From contig NIVC01001548.1 in assembly GCA_002269645.1 (NCBI GenBank), positions 124,001-188,000 on the forward strand: 64,000 bases of DNA. Direction: 5' to 3'. This stretch comes from Macrostomum lignano (Eukaryota). Below, piece by piece: positions 37,901 through 48,985 of the stretch. A program made the position numbers and the translations under genes. Every line of letters starts with the position of its first letter. The stretch's first letter is position 1. Below the pieces are notes generated by a model, which searched no databases, had not been told where the DNA came from, and saw only the letters and a program-made list of their open reading frames with translations.

Positions 37901-39437
37901 GCAACAGTTAAGATTTTAGCCAACTGAGAATAAAGCCATCCAAAGTGAGAATCCTGCCTACGCTGACTGCGAAGGGCCTGGCTGCGTGCAGCTTAGTCTA
38001 TGGGCCATAGACAATAAAGGACAAGCAAAGTGATAAAAAGCCATCCAATGTGAGAATCGATTGGTCTATGCGTCGTATTCTTTTATTTTGCTTGTCCTTT
38101 ATAGTCTATGGCTCATAGACTAGGCTGCACGCAGCCAGGCCCTTCGCAGTCAGCGTAGGCAGGATTCTCACTTTGGGTGGCTTTATTCTCAGTTAGGCTG
38201 ACAAAACCAGTATATAGCTTGTACAAGGATTGTTTGCTAGTGAAGAAGTAAGCCTCAAAAATGTCTGTTTTGATGAAGCATTGGCTATAGAAATAGTAAT
38301 GTCACATATATGCACTTATGTAATTTAGGCCCACCCCCTCACCCATTGACAGTGCACCGAAAGCGGAAGCTGACCCTGCTCTACCTGATGAACGATGTTG
38401 TGCAGAACAGCCGCAAGCAGGGCCCTGAGTTCCTACGCGTGTTCAGCGCCGTGCTGTCCCACGCCATGAAGGACTGCGCCAAGGCGGCCGACGCCAAGGT
38501 GATGGCCAGCCTGGACCGGCTGGTCCGCATCTGGCACGAGCGGCACGTGTTCGAGCCCGACCAGCTGCAGTGCTGCCGCCAGATTCTGGACAAATTCGCG
38601 CCACGCAATGCCGGCCGGCAGAGCGAAGGCAAAACCGCGTCAGCGTCGACCGGCACCGACAGCGCCGCATCGGCAGCAGCTCCGGCGACAGTGGCCGTCG
38701 GGGTGGCCGTCGGGCAGGACGATGACGACGATCTGCCGAACGAAGAAGAGGGTGACAGCGACGACAGCGGGCAGGAGGGTCCCGTCAGCCCGGCACTGCG
38801 GGACGCCGGCGTCGGCAGCGATGACGACGATGACAACAACGGTGTGGGCGTCGGTTCGGCCATCGCCACCGGCTACGGCGGCGGCGCCGGTGTCGCTGCG
38901 TCGGCGTCGGCACTCCGTGCCGGCCTGGCCGAGGCCCGGGAAGCGGCTGCCGCGGCCGCCGAGGCCGAAGCGGCGGAAGAGCAGCCGGACTCGGAGCAGA
39001 TCCTCGCCGAGCTGCAGTTCCTGGCCGCCGCACCCAGCGGCAGCGCCGAGATGCGGCGTCGAATATCTCGCTTCCCGAAGCACATCGTCGAGGAGGCCTC
39101 CGTGGACGCCTGCAAAAACCGGCGAGACTGCCAGCGGCTGCTCCGCGAGGTGACGCAGGCGGACGAAGTCTGCTCCGCCTACAACGCCCAGCTATCCAGC
39201 GAGGTGGCGCGGCGCCGCGGCTTCCACTCGGACCTGCGCGCCTACTGCCGCCAGCAGCGTGCCGCCCTGGCCACCGGTCAGCGCCGGCTTGAGGACCAGC
39301 GGCGCCGACTGCGGGAGCTGCGCAGCCTGCAGAAGGAGCTGAGCTCCCACCTGGCCAACCTGCCGGACCTGGCCTCCCTGCCCGCTGTGTCCGGCGGCCT
39401 GGCGCCCCTGCCCAGTGTTGGCGACCTGTTCAGCTGA
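34982..39437 (+). CDS. RPRD1: Regulation of nuclear pre-mRNA domain-containing protein 1 (CID + CREPT coiled coil); join(34982..35129,38353..39437), 410 aa
   Basis: CID motifs LEKLGSLNGTQASIQNLSSWLI and RKLTLLYLMNDVVQNSRK.GPEF, plus LDRLVRIWHER. The C-terminus LAPLPSVGDLFS is typical of RPRD1A/B. The intron is phase-1 GT-AG. Confidence 0.92.
35533..35707. mobile_element. Palindromic MITE centred on GTCACGTGAC (copy 3), inserted in a ~45-bp tandem repeat in RPRD1 intron 1
   Basis: Near-perfect hairpin CCTTGGGAATCACCCGGCCG...CGGCCGGGTGAATCCCAAGG. It is flanked by repeats of GGTGGCCATGT..TAATATTGAAT.GGTTCACACTTA. Confidence 0.85.
36135..36200 (-). mobile_element. Decayed tRNA-like (SINE head) fragment
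   Basis: Minus strand reads GGTGGCTTAGTGG...GCTAGGTTCAAATCCC: an A-box plus a B-box with the CpG changed to CA. Confidence 0.45.
37916..38201. mobile_element. Hairpin MITE (~110-bp TIRs) in RPRD1 intron 1
   Basis: AACTGAGAATAAAGCCATCCAAAGTGAGAATCCTGCCTACGCTGACTGCGAAGGGCCTGGCTGCGTGCAGC is mirrored at 38125-38195. Confidence 0.85.
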
Positions 39438-39899
39438 GCTGCGGTGTCACAGCTGCACAATTTTTAATTTCTTACAGTGTAACTGTTGTGTGTTTCCCTA
39501 TCGCCTGGTTGCTTGCAAGCATTTCCTGGCCCGGCTCTGATGTCTTTTATGCATTCTTGTCCCTTTGCATTGACCAAATTGTGACTGAGTTGATACCGCC
39601 CGTTCCCGGATTACAGAGGGCCGTGTTTCTCTTCCCATTCTGCAATAAAATTAAATAAATTTTGTGTTAATTTGCTGACGTAACGCTCACTGCTGCGTTT
39701 ATGACCCGATGTCTATTATTATAAATTTACTTTGTTATTATAAAGCTACTCATCAAGAATCATTGCTGTTCTCAGTTCTCAAATAAATCCTTTATAGGGT
39801 CTACAGTAGTTGAGTCAAAATCCTTTTATTTGTTTTATTTATTCTAACAATTTTTTTCCAATAATACTTGGTCTGTCATTTCCAGCGACACCCCCTGAC

Positions 39900-42800
39900 A
39901 TGCACAGACGGTTGGAAATTGACGATAATGTTGAGCTCGTGTCAGACGAGAGCGATGACAGTGATAACAGCTTCGATCATCCCGGCATTGAGTCGCTGCT
40001 GCACCTGCTGTGAGTTTTATGCTGGCGCTGTTGACCCTTGACTTGTGACCTTGAATGTGCCTTCACTAGTTCACTCGTGAGTTTAAATGACCCTTCACTA
40101 GTTGACTCGTGACCTTGACCGTCCCTTCACTAGTTGACTCGTGACCTTGACCGTCCCTTCACTAGTTGACTCGTGACCTTGACCGTCCCTTCACTAGTTG
40201 ACTCGTGACCTTGACCGTCCCTTCACTAGTTGACTCATGACCTGAGCTGACCCTTCACTAGTTGACTCGTGACCTGGACTGACCCTTCACTAGTTCACTC
40301 GTGACCTGGGCTGACCCCTCAGTTGACTCTCCCCAGCTGATGCCTCACAGCACTCACTGAGCCACCGCCGCTCGCAACCCTCAGCGGTCGCGACAGCGCC
40401 TACGCGACCCGCTCCCGCAGCCGCCTGCACGATGCTCCGCCGCGTTTGTCGGCCGACTTCGCAAACAGCCGCCTCCGACACAGCGTTCACCGGCTGCTGC
40501 TGGACTCCAGCGGCGGAGCGGCCGAGAGCTGCAGCCACTCGCACGCAGCCGGGCAAAAAGCAGGCGGCATATCCTTCTGCTTCCCCTTCAATTCCTGCAC
40601 CTCTGCCGCCGGCCCGGCCGAGTCCAGCTCAGCCAGCGATGCGTCCGCTCGCGGAGGCGGCGCCTCTCGAGTTTCCGTGGCAAACGTGGCGCTGAACCGG
40701 TGTCTCAGTTTTGGCGCCAAGCAGCGCTACCACCTGGCGCACCAGCACCTGCCCAACAACACCCGGGTAGTGCTGAAGGGTCGCAGCTTCTTCTTTTGCG
40801 GCCTGTTCTCCGAGCCAGGCGACGTGTTCATGTGCGCGGCGCAGGGCACCAACTCGCCAATCCGGCTGTTCGACACGCGTGAAGGAAATTTTCGGCCGCT
40901 CAAGTCGGTGAGTTGAAATTTCGGACTTGAAATGCTGCTTTTCTACTTTCAGTAGCAAGCAAGAATGGGAAAGCTTTTTTATATGAAAAGAATAGCAATT
41001 CAATTGACTTTGACGGGTGGGTAATCTAAGGGGATCAGGGGCCAATAAACGAGTCTGTCTTTAAATAAAAAAGTACTTATATTAAACTCACTCCTAACTG
41101 CAGGTGACTTACACGCAAATGTGCTGAGTGGCCCATGGTTAAAATTGCCATTTTTTGACTTAATTTTCGACATCGAAGGCAAATTTTCAGCAACTATACA
41201 GTAATTACTCAACAACAAAGCTCAGACAGGCTTCCATAAGTCCCAGTTTTGAACCCCAGGTTCCAGCTAAGCAACTGGATTTATAATTCCAACGAAAACA
41301 AAATCCCAGCGACCGGGATCGTACGTGCACTTTTATTGGCGTGTCGTGTTGGTGCTTAACTTTCGCTAGAGATGTGAGTCTAATTCATCAAGCGACTCCA
41401 GCACGCCTCAAATACTCTACGGCCCCAGAGTCGCTATACCGTCGCGCCAGTGTCACTTGCGTCGCCCAAGACTTTGCATCAACTTTGGGCGACGCAAGTG
41501 ACACTGGGGCGCCTACTGGCCTCGGTAGGTACCGTTTTCACTGTGGAGGCTGGTACGCACTCGAATCTCTCAATTCGGGAGCATCAAATGGAATTTTCAA
41601 TGTGGAATTTCACTTCTCAGCTGTTTAGTCAAATTTGTCATTTCCATCCTGTGTCAGGTGCTCGCCCGGGACGTTGGCTGGAGCGTACTTGACCTGTCTT
41701 TAAGTCCGACCGGCCATCACCTGGTGTACAGTAGCTGGTCTCACTGTCTGCAGCTGGTTGGCGTTCACTCCGACCTGCACGAGCCGCTGTCCCTGCTCAG
41801 CGCTGACGATGCGGACGAAGGCGCCTACAGGTGTGTGCGGGTCTTGCAGCTTAGGAACTAAGCTGGGATTATCTTTCATTTGCTTGATTTTCAATTTCTT
41901 ATTCCACTTTTGAAATCATCCCGAACTCCCCAATTCCATCATCCCGAATTCCCCAATCCCAATCATCTCGAATTCCCCAATCCCAATCATCCCGAACTCC
42001 CCAATCCCAATCATTCCGAATTCCCCAATCCCAATCATTCCGAATTCCCCAATCCCAATCATTCCGAATTCCCCAATCCCAATCATTCCGAATTCCCCAA
42101 TCCCAATCATCTCGAATTCCCCAATCCCAATCATCTCGAATTCCCCAATCCCAATCATCCCGAATTCCCCAATCACAATCATCCCGATTTCCCTAATCTC
42201 AATCATCCCGAATTCCCCAATCACAATCATCCCGATTTCCCTAATCTCAATCATCCCGAATTCCCCAATCACAATCATCCCGATTTCCCTAATCTCAATC
42301 ATCCCGAATTCCCCAATCACAATCATCCCGATTTCCCCAATCCCAATCATCCCGATTTTCCCTAATCTCAATCATCCCGAATTCCCCAATCCCAATCATC
42401 CCGATTTCCCCAATCCCAATCATCCCGATTTCCCTAATCTCAATCATCCCGAATTCCCCAATCACAATCATCCCGATTTCCCCAATCCCAATCATCCCGA
42501 TTTCCCTAATCTCAATCATCCCGAATTCCCCAATCACAATCATCCCGATTTCCCCAATCCCAATCATCCCGATTTCCCTAATCTCAATCATCCCGAATTC
42601 CCCAATCACAATCATCCCGATTTCCCCAATCCCAATCATCCCGATTTCCCTAATCTCAATCATCCCGATTTCCCCAATCCCAATCATCCCGATTTCCCTA
42701 ATCTCAATCATCCCGAATTCCCCAATCACAATCATCCCGATTTCCCTAATCTCAATCATCCCGAACTCCCCAATCCCAATCATCCCGATTTCCCCAATCC

Positions 42801-44423
42801 CAATCATCCCGATTTCCCTAATCTCAATCATCCCGATTTCCCCAATCCCAATCATCCCGATTTCCCTAATCTCAATCATCCCGATTTCCCCAATCCCAAT
42901 CATCCCGATTTCCCTAATCTCAATCATCCCGAACTCCCCAATCCCAATCATCCCGAACTCCCCAATCCCAATCATCCCGAACTCCCCAATCTCAATCATC
43001 CCGAATTCCCCAATCCCAATCATCCCGATTTCCCCAATCCCAATCATCCCGATTTCCCTAATTGAATTTCAATCATCCTAAATTTCAGATTCCATCACCC
43101 CCCAATCTCAATATCCCGAATTTCACTTTCATAATCCGAAACCCGCATGCTCAGGCTTTCGCGTAGAGTTAGAATTCGTTAGCACGAGCTACTCTCAGAG
43201 TGTCCGCAATAAATCCCAATTCCATGTCCTTGGGCCCAGCAGGGGCATGTTCTGCCACCGCTGGTCCTCCTGCGGCGACCTGCTCGTTGTGGGATGCAAC
43301 GGCGGCTCCCTCTGCCTGTACGACCTGGCCATGCGCCGGCCCATGTGGTACCCGGCCAGGCATCACAACGATGTCAACACCGTCTGCTGGGCCGACGGCG
43401 GCCGGGGCTCGAATCTGCTGCTCAGCTCCGGCGACGACGGCATCATCAAATTGTGGGACCTGCGCTGCCTCCGGTCCGCGTCAACTGCGCCTCCGGCCGC
43501 CATGTTCAGCGGGCACCAATGCGGAGTTGTCTATCTGGACAGCAGGCAGGACGGCCGGCACTTCCTCAGCAACAGCAAGGATCAGAGCATCAAGCTGTGG
43601 GATCTGCGGCGCCCGGCCTCCAACAATTTCACTAACGAGTGTCGCAGAAAAGTGGCTGGGTAAGGCGTGGCTTTGAGTATCTGCATGGATGAAGTTGAAT
43701 TTGAGAGCATCTGGGAGGGTGCAGTTGAGTTTGAGAGCATCTGGGAGGGTGCAGTTGAGTTTGAGAGCATCTGGGAGGGTGCAGTTGAGTTTGAGAGCAT
43801 CTGGGAGGGTGCAGTTGAGTTAGAGAGCATCTGGGAGGGTGCAGTTGAGTTTGAGAGCATCTGGGAGGGTGCAGTTGAGTTTGAGAGCATCTGGGAGGGT
43901 GCAGTTGAGTTTGAGAGCATCTGGGAGGGTGCAGTTGAGTTTGAGAGCATCTGGGAGGGTGCAGTTGAGTTTGAGAGCATCTGGGAGGGTGCGATTGAGT
44001 TTGAGAGCATCTGGGAGGGTGCAGTTGAGTTCAAGAATCAACTGGACCGAACCAAACCGCTCCCGCCCCAGCCACCAGTTCGACTACCGCTACCAGTCCG
44101 TGCCGCAATTCGACTCGACGCCGCTGTCAGACGACCCGAGCCTGGCCACCCTCACCGGCCACGTGGTGTCCCGCACCCTGCTGAGGGCCCGCTTCTCTCC
44201 CCAGGCCACCACCGGCCAGCGCTACGTGTACGCGGGCTCAGCCAACGGCGACGTGCTGATCTGGGACTGCCTGAGCGGCCGCCTGCTTCGCCGTTTGCCT
44301 GGCGCCCACGGCAACGCGCCAGTCCGCGACGTCAGCTGGCATCCGTTCGACTCGCAGCGCCTGCTGTCCGCCGGCTGGGACGCCAAGGTGCGCTGCTCCT
44401 ATTACCAGGGGCCCAAGGACTGA
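39900..44423 (+). CDS. DCAF11: DDB1- and CUL4-associated factor 11 (WDR23); join(39900..40009,40385..40907,41658..41830,43243..43659,44072..44423), 524 aa
   Basis: Motifs ARDVGWSVLD, HHNDVNTVCWAD, LSNSKDQSIKLWDLR, FDYRY, GHVVSRTLLRARFSP..TTGQRYVYAGS and VRDVSWHP all match DCAF11. The junctions are phase-consistent. The exon 1-2 boundary is the least certain. Confidence 0.9.
40062..40325. repeat. 32-bp minisatellite in DCAF11 intron 1
   Basis: Unit CTTCACTAGTTGACTCGTGACCTTGACCGTCC, ~8 copies. Confidence 0.9.
41930..43070. repeat. 24-bp C-rich minisatellite in DCAF11 intron 3
   Basis: Unit CATCCCGAATTCCCCAATCCCAAT, ~47 copies. Confidence 0.95.
43685..44035. repeat. 30-bp minisatellite filling DCAF11 intron 4
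   Basis: Unit GAGGGTGCAGTTGAGTTTGAGAGCATCTGG, ~11-12 near-identical copies. Confidence 0.95.
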
Positions 44424-47400
44424 TTCGAGTTGCTGCTCTAGAAAAGAAATGCCCTCGTGATTTATGACCAAAAACCCAGAACTGAACGATGGAAGCATAG
44501 TGGGGGTGTTGAGAGCACTGACTAACTTTCAATTTCGCGTCTCTAGATGCCATGTTTTTACTTTCAAAATGCTCTGCAAAGGGCTGGTTTCCGATTTCGG
44601 TAACTGTGTTAATTTTAAAAATTTTATGGATTTAAAAAACAGTTCTTATTCATGTCTGCGTTGTGTACATGTACATAAATACATACATATATACATGTAG
44701 AGATGTTCCTTTATCTACTGTAGCTCCGCTGCAACAGATGTGGTTATTATGTTCGTGTACTTCGATCTTATTAGACTTTATTAAAACCATAATTATCATA
44801 TTATGTTATTTGCGCCTATCTACCTGTATTAGCATCTAAAAGTTTTGCAGTCTTTCAAACCGACTGCTTAGCGAAATTTCTATTTTTTTTTTAGTTCGGC
44901 GCGGGCACTCCAACTACTCTACTTACAAGTAGCGCTGGTTGCGAAAGAGCCGCTGGCATGTACATAAACTAAAGTTTGGGCTCTGCAAATCTGTTGGCAC
45001 CTGAATTTTTCGTCCGGCCAAACTCATTTGTTTTCTTGCAGAATTTTTTAAATATTCAATAAATTTTATCGATTCGCTGCTCACTGATTCCAGTTACTGC
45101 ACTCTGCTAAAATATTCTTAGAGTGAGCTTATTAATATCATATTATATTATTACTGTGTGCCTTGTGAAGGAAGTCGAAACAATGAATTTCAACTTTTCG
45201 TGAGTTTTTTTACCTTAGAGTTATAGCAGTTTAAAATACTGACAGAAAGATGGGCATACTGGCAGATGCTTAGACAGACAGACAGGCAGGCAAACAGACA
45301 GACAGACAGTCAAACAGACAGACCGGCACTAAGGCAAGCTGGCAGACTAGCAGACACTAAGACAGACAGACAGGCATGCAGGCAGACAGTGAGGCAGGTA
45401 GACTAGCAGACACTAAGACAGACAGACAGGCAAGCAGACAGACAGACCGGCACTAAGGCATGCTGGCAAACCGGCACCGTTGTGTTTGAATTGAGCTTCA
45501 ATGATTTGTTAATAGAGAGTTTCTATTTGAGTTGCTCGCGATTTGCTATATACTCGTATTTATACTAGCGTACTGCATGTTAACAAGTTAGCACGTTGTA
45601 ATCGCGTACGATAGAAATAACCCAATACTGTACGATGAGAGATGAGTCGATGGATGACGCAATCAGACTGAGAGTGAATGACAGTTAGATGGGTGACGCA
45701 TAGCGTACTTTAAATTAACCCGCTAAGCACTGGTGTGCGCCCACCACAACAGGCACCAAGGCAGGCTGGCAGACACTAAGACAGACAGAGACGTGCAGGC
45801 AGACTAGCAGACATTAAGACAGACAGACAGGCGCCACTGCAATGATGTCCCTCTGCTTCCAGACCTTTCGGAACCTTAACTGCCTGCATACGAGTATAGT
45901 AATATTTTTGTTCCCTATACACAAAGCTTCTCGACTGTACAATGTGTCCGGTAAATTCAGATTTTATTCGTAAACATTTCAATTGGGTTGCTCAATCATT
46001 TTCCTGTTGGAGTCGCTCAAGGAAAATGCCTGCTGCTCTGCCCCGTGACAACAAGCTTTCCGTATAGAAAATATCAGTTTTCAGACTCTATTCAGTTCAT
46101 TGAGGGTACTCAAGTTTGTTGGCACGCGAGACCTAATCAATCTCTTGTTAAAAACAGTCTCCGTGTTCTGCGGGCTCCTTAATCAGCAAAGGTCACGCGT
46201 CGCAATGACCGGTCGGCCTACTTCTTTTCTTAGGCCGTTCAATCCGGCTAACCCGCCTTTTTCCCGGATTAGCGAGTTGTAGGCGCGGCTGGAAAGAGAC
46301 CCTTTCAACAAACCGGCTGCGCTTTCAAAGGTCTTCTTTCCTCAGTTCTCTCGCACATCTCCCTGACTCTCCATCTGCCTCTCTATCCGACTTACTACGA
46401 GTCTGCCCCGATATAATTGGCCGTTGTACAAATTTTGCCAGTTTCTGCATTCGCTTGGCCTGACCTGACCAGTGGAGTGAGGCGGGCTGGGCCGCTGGAT
46501 AGAGCTATATTTGCTAAATGCCTGATCCGGTTTAGGGCGGGTTTGGGGTTGCTGGCTGGCCTGCTGCGAGGACGGGTGGGTGAGACAGTGAATGAGGGGC
46601 GGCTGCTCACCCACCTCAGCCAGCCAAGCCTGTCTAACCCTTGCAGTCCGGTGCTCAGTTGAGCTGCCACTGTGACAGGGTTGCTGAGTGCTTGCCGTGT
46701 TATTGTTGTCACAACTGTTTGGCTCTGTCTGAATCTGCGGGAGGGGGGGCGAGCAACTGGACAATCGCTTTCAAATTTCTGCTTTTGCTGCAGCAGTAGA
46801 TGTATAGAAAATCTTCCACATGACGACACGTGTGGCAGTTCCGGTTTTCCCTGCTCCCCATCTGCTTATCAGTTCCCCCGTTTTTTCTGTCACCTGATCC
46901 ACTCCCTAGATGCAGAAATGCAGCCACGTGTTTTTGTGAGCAACCTATAGCTTAAGTTTTAATCGATTTTTTGAGCTTAGGAATTTCATTGAGCTGTGCA
47001 TGGAGTCGCGGTTTGACCTTACGATTGCTCCCAAGTCGGTCCGGAATCGGCTTGTTGAACCTTAAATGTTTTGCTTGGGTCTGCTCCTGTCGTGGGTAGC
47101 AATGAAGAGCTGGAACACCGCAACAAGGGGAAGACGGATAAAAGTCCGTCCGCTGTCTTGATGGGTCTTCCCAGTTCCCAGCGAAAGTTCAACCCTTCTA
47201 CAAGTGCGCGCTATGGGAGCCCCTCCTCTTATGGGAAGGCGGCAGTCCTATTACCTCGATTTCCCTTTTGCCCATCCTGTCTTTTTTTTGGGAAGGTGTC
47301 TATCTAGCGGGAAATCCAGCCGCAGCAGACTGCAGTATCGCCTGACATTATTTGTCCCCCATCCAGCTAGCCTTTCAGCATACATCTGTCGCATGTGAAA

Positions 47401-48985
47401 AGTATCCGCGCTATCTAAGTATCCGTGCTATACATGGCTAGCGGAGGTAACTGAAACTCATTATCTCCGTCGGAGATAAGGCGTTATATTCGGGTCGCAC
47501 ATGCCGTGGATTACATACAAAGAATCGCCTGATACGAGGAGATGAGCCATACAGAATCTCCGAGCTTCGCTCAGTACAAAGCAGACAAAGCAATGGCAGC
47601 AGTTCTATTATTCTACAAGTGTCTTATCATAGCCCAACTTGTACAGAACGCATGCTGGCCATGCACCCACCATCGGTCCGCTACAGACTCACTTAACTGA
47701 CGCCACTGAACCGCCTGCCAGACTAAAAAGCATGCAAAATAGAAGGAAAGCTTCTCTGGAAGGAGCATGGTTAAAAGTGCAACAGCACTTATAGTACATT
47801 GCAGCGGGAGAGATGAAGGGGAGAGCGGGGAAGAGGTGGGCGCGGGACAGTTCAGGGCATGCACGCTGTTTGCCCTTCACATGTTCCGCCCCGTCCCTGA
47901 CGCGTATTTCAGGTCTATTTTTCTCTCTTCACCAGCATTACTCACTTGCGCGCGTGTGTTCGATTGTATAGTGCAGGCCTCGCCTACCCAGCCCGCCTAG
48001 CATTCATTGGCCGGTGGGTTTTCTGGGCGCCGCCTCCCCGCCTCCGCTGTTTGCGGCGCACCCACCCCCCCCCCCCCCATTCCCGGCGGACCCGCGAATC
48101 CGCCCAGCCAGTTGAGCCAGCCAGTTTGGCACACAAACTGCATGTATATACAGACAGACAGCCGCGGGCACCCCAGCTAGTGGCAACCCCCCGTTTCGGA
48201 CCCGCGCTCTGCCATTCCTTATCTCTGTTGTTGGATTCTCTTATTTTCGCACTCGTCCATCTCGACATCGAGCTATTCCGCAGGCGACGGCGGCACATGT
48301 AAAACTGTATTTGGACCGGACTTTATAAGTTACATAAGATTATTACTGCCCTAAATCAGTCATGTCGCTATGGGACAGCGATCCGAATAGGTAATTATAA
48401 AAATATCGACTTATATAAATTTGTTTTTACAAGCTCCATTTCAACTATCACTGATCTTTGTCCATGTTTTTGGTTGCGGGCTCGTCTGCAGGGGCCGTTT
48501 TTGCATAGCTAGTGTCGCTATCTTCATCTTCCAAGCTCATATTGTTGCTGATTTGTAGGTTAGAGAGCGATGGTAAGTCTTTAGCAGACACAAGAGGACT
48601 AAGTTAAAGCTCCAAAGATCGTCTTTGCTCACCAGTCACAGTCAGTCACACTTTCGGCCCATAGACTGGGAGCAGCAGTTGTCTGGAGACTTGAGTGCAT
48701 CTTTCTACCCCTCTGGATTTAGTCAACTGCCCTGCTGCCCATAAGCTCAAACCGATAGCAAAAAGCTATATCATGCCACATTGTATTTTCTTATATACTA
48801 TTGATAGAAATTATAGACATTACAGTTGATTTTCAAATCCATTGGCACGTCTACTATAAGTAGTTTAATAGTAATTGTTAATATAATTGTGCAAATGATA
48901 CCATAAATAAAATAAAATAAGTAAATAATGAACACTAATAGCACAAAAAGAGTTGAACTAATTGTTAATTAAACTCAATCTTCAG

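Noticed and set aside
41880-43047. HPEFPNPN / IGIGEF repeat ORFs (also 52972-54327, 43582-44034, 56783-57253, 3697-4315, 6040-6367, 49398-50144)
   Set aside because: These are translations of 3n-length minisatellites lying in introns or intergenic DNA. They have no domain content, and the real genes splice around them.
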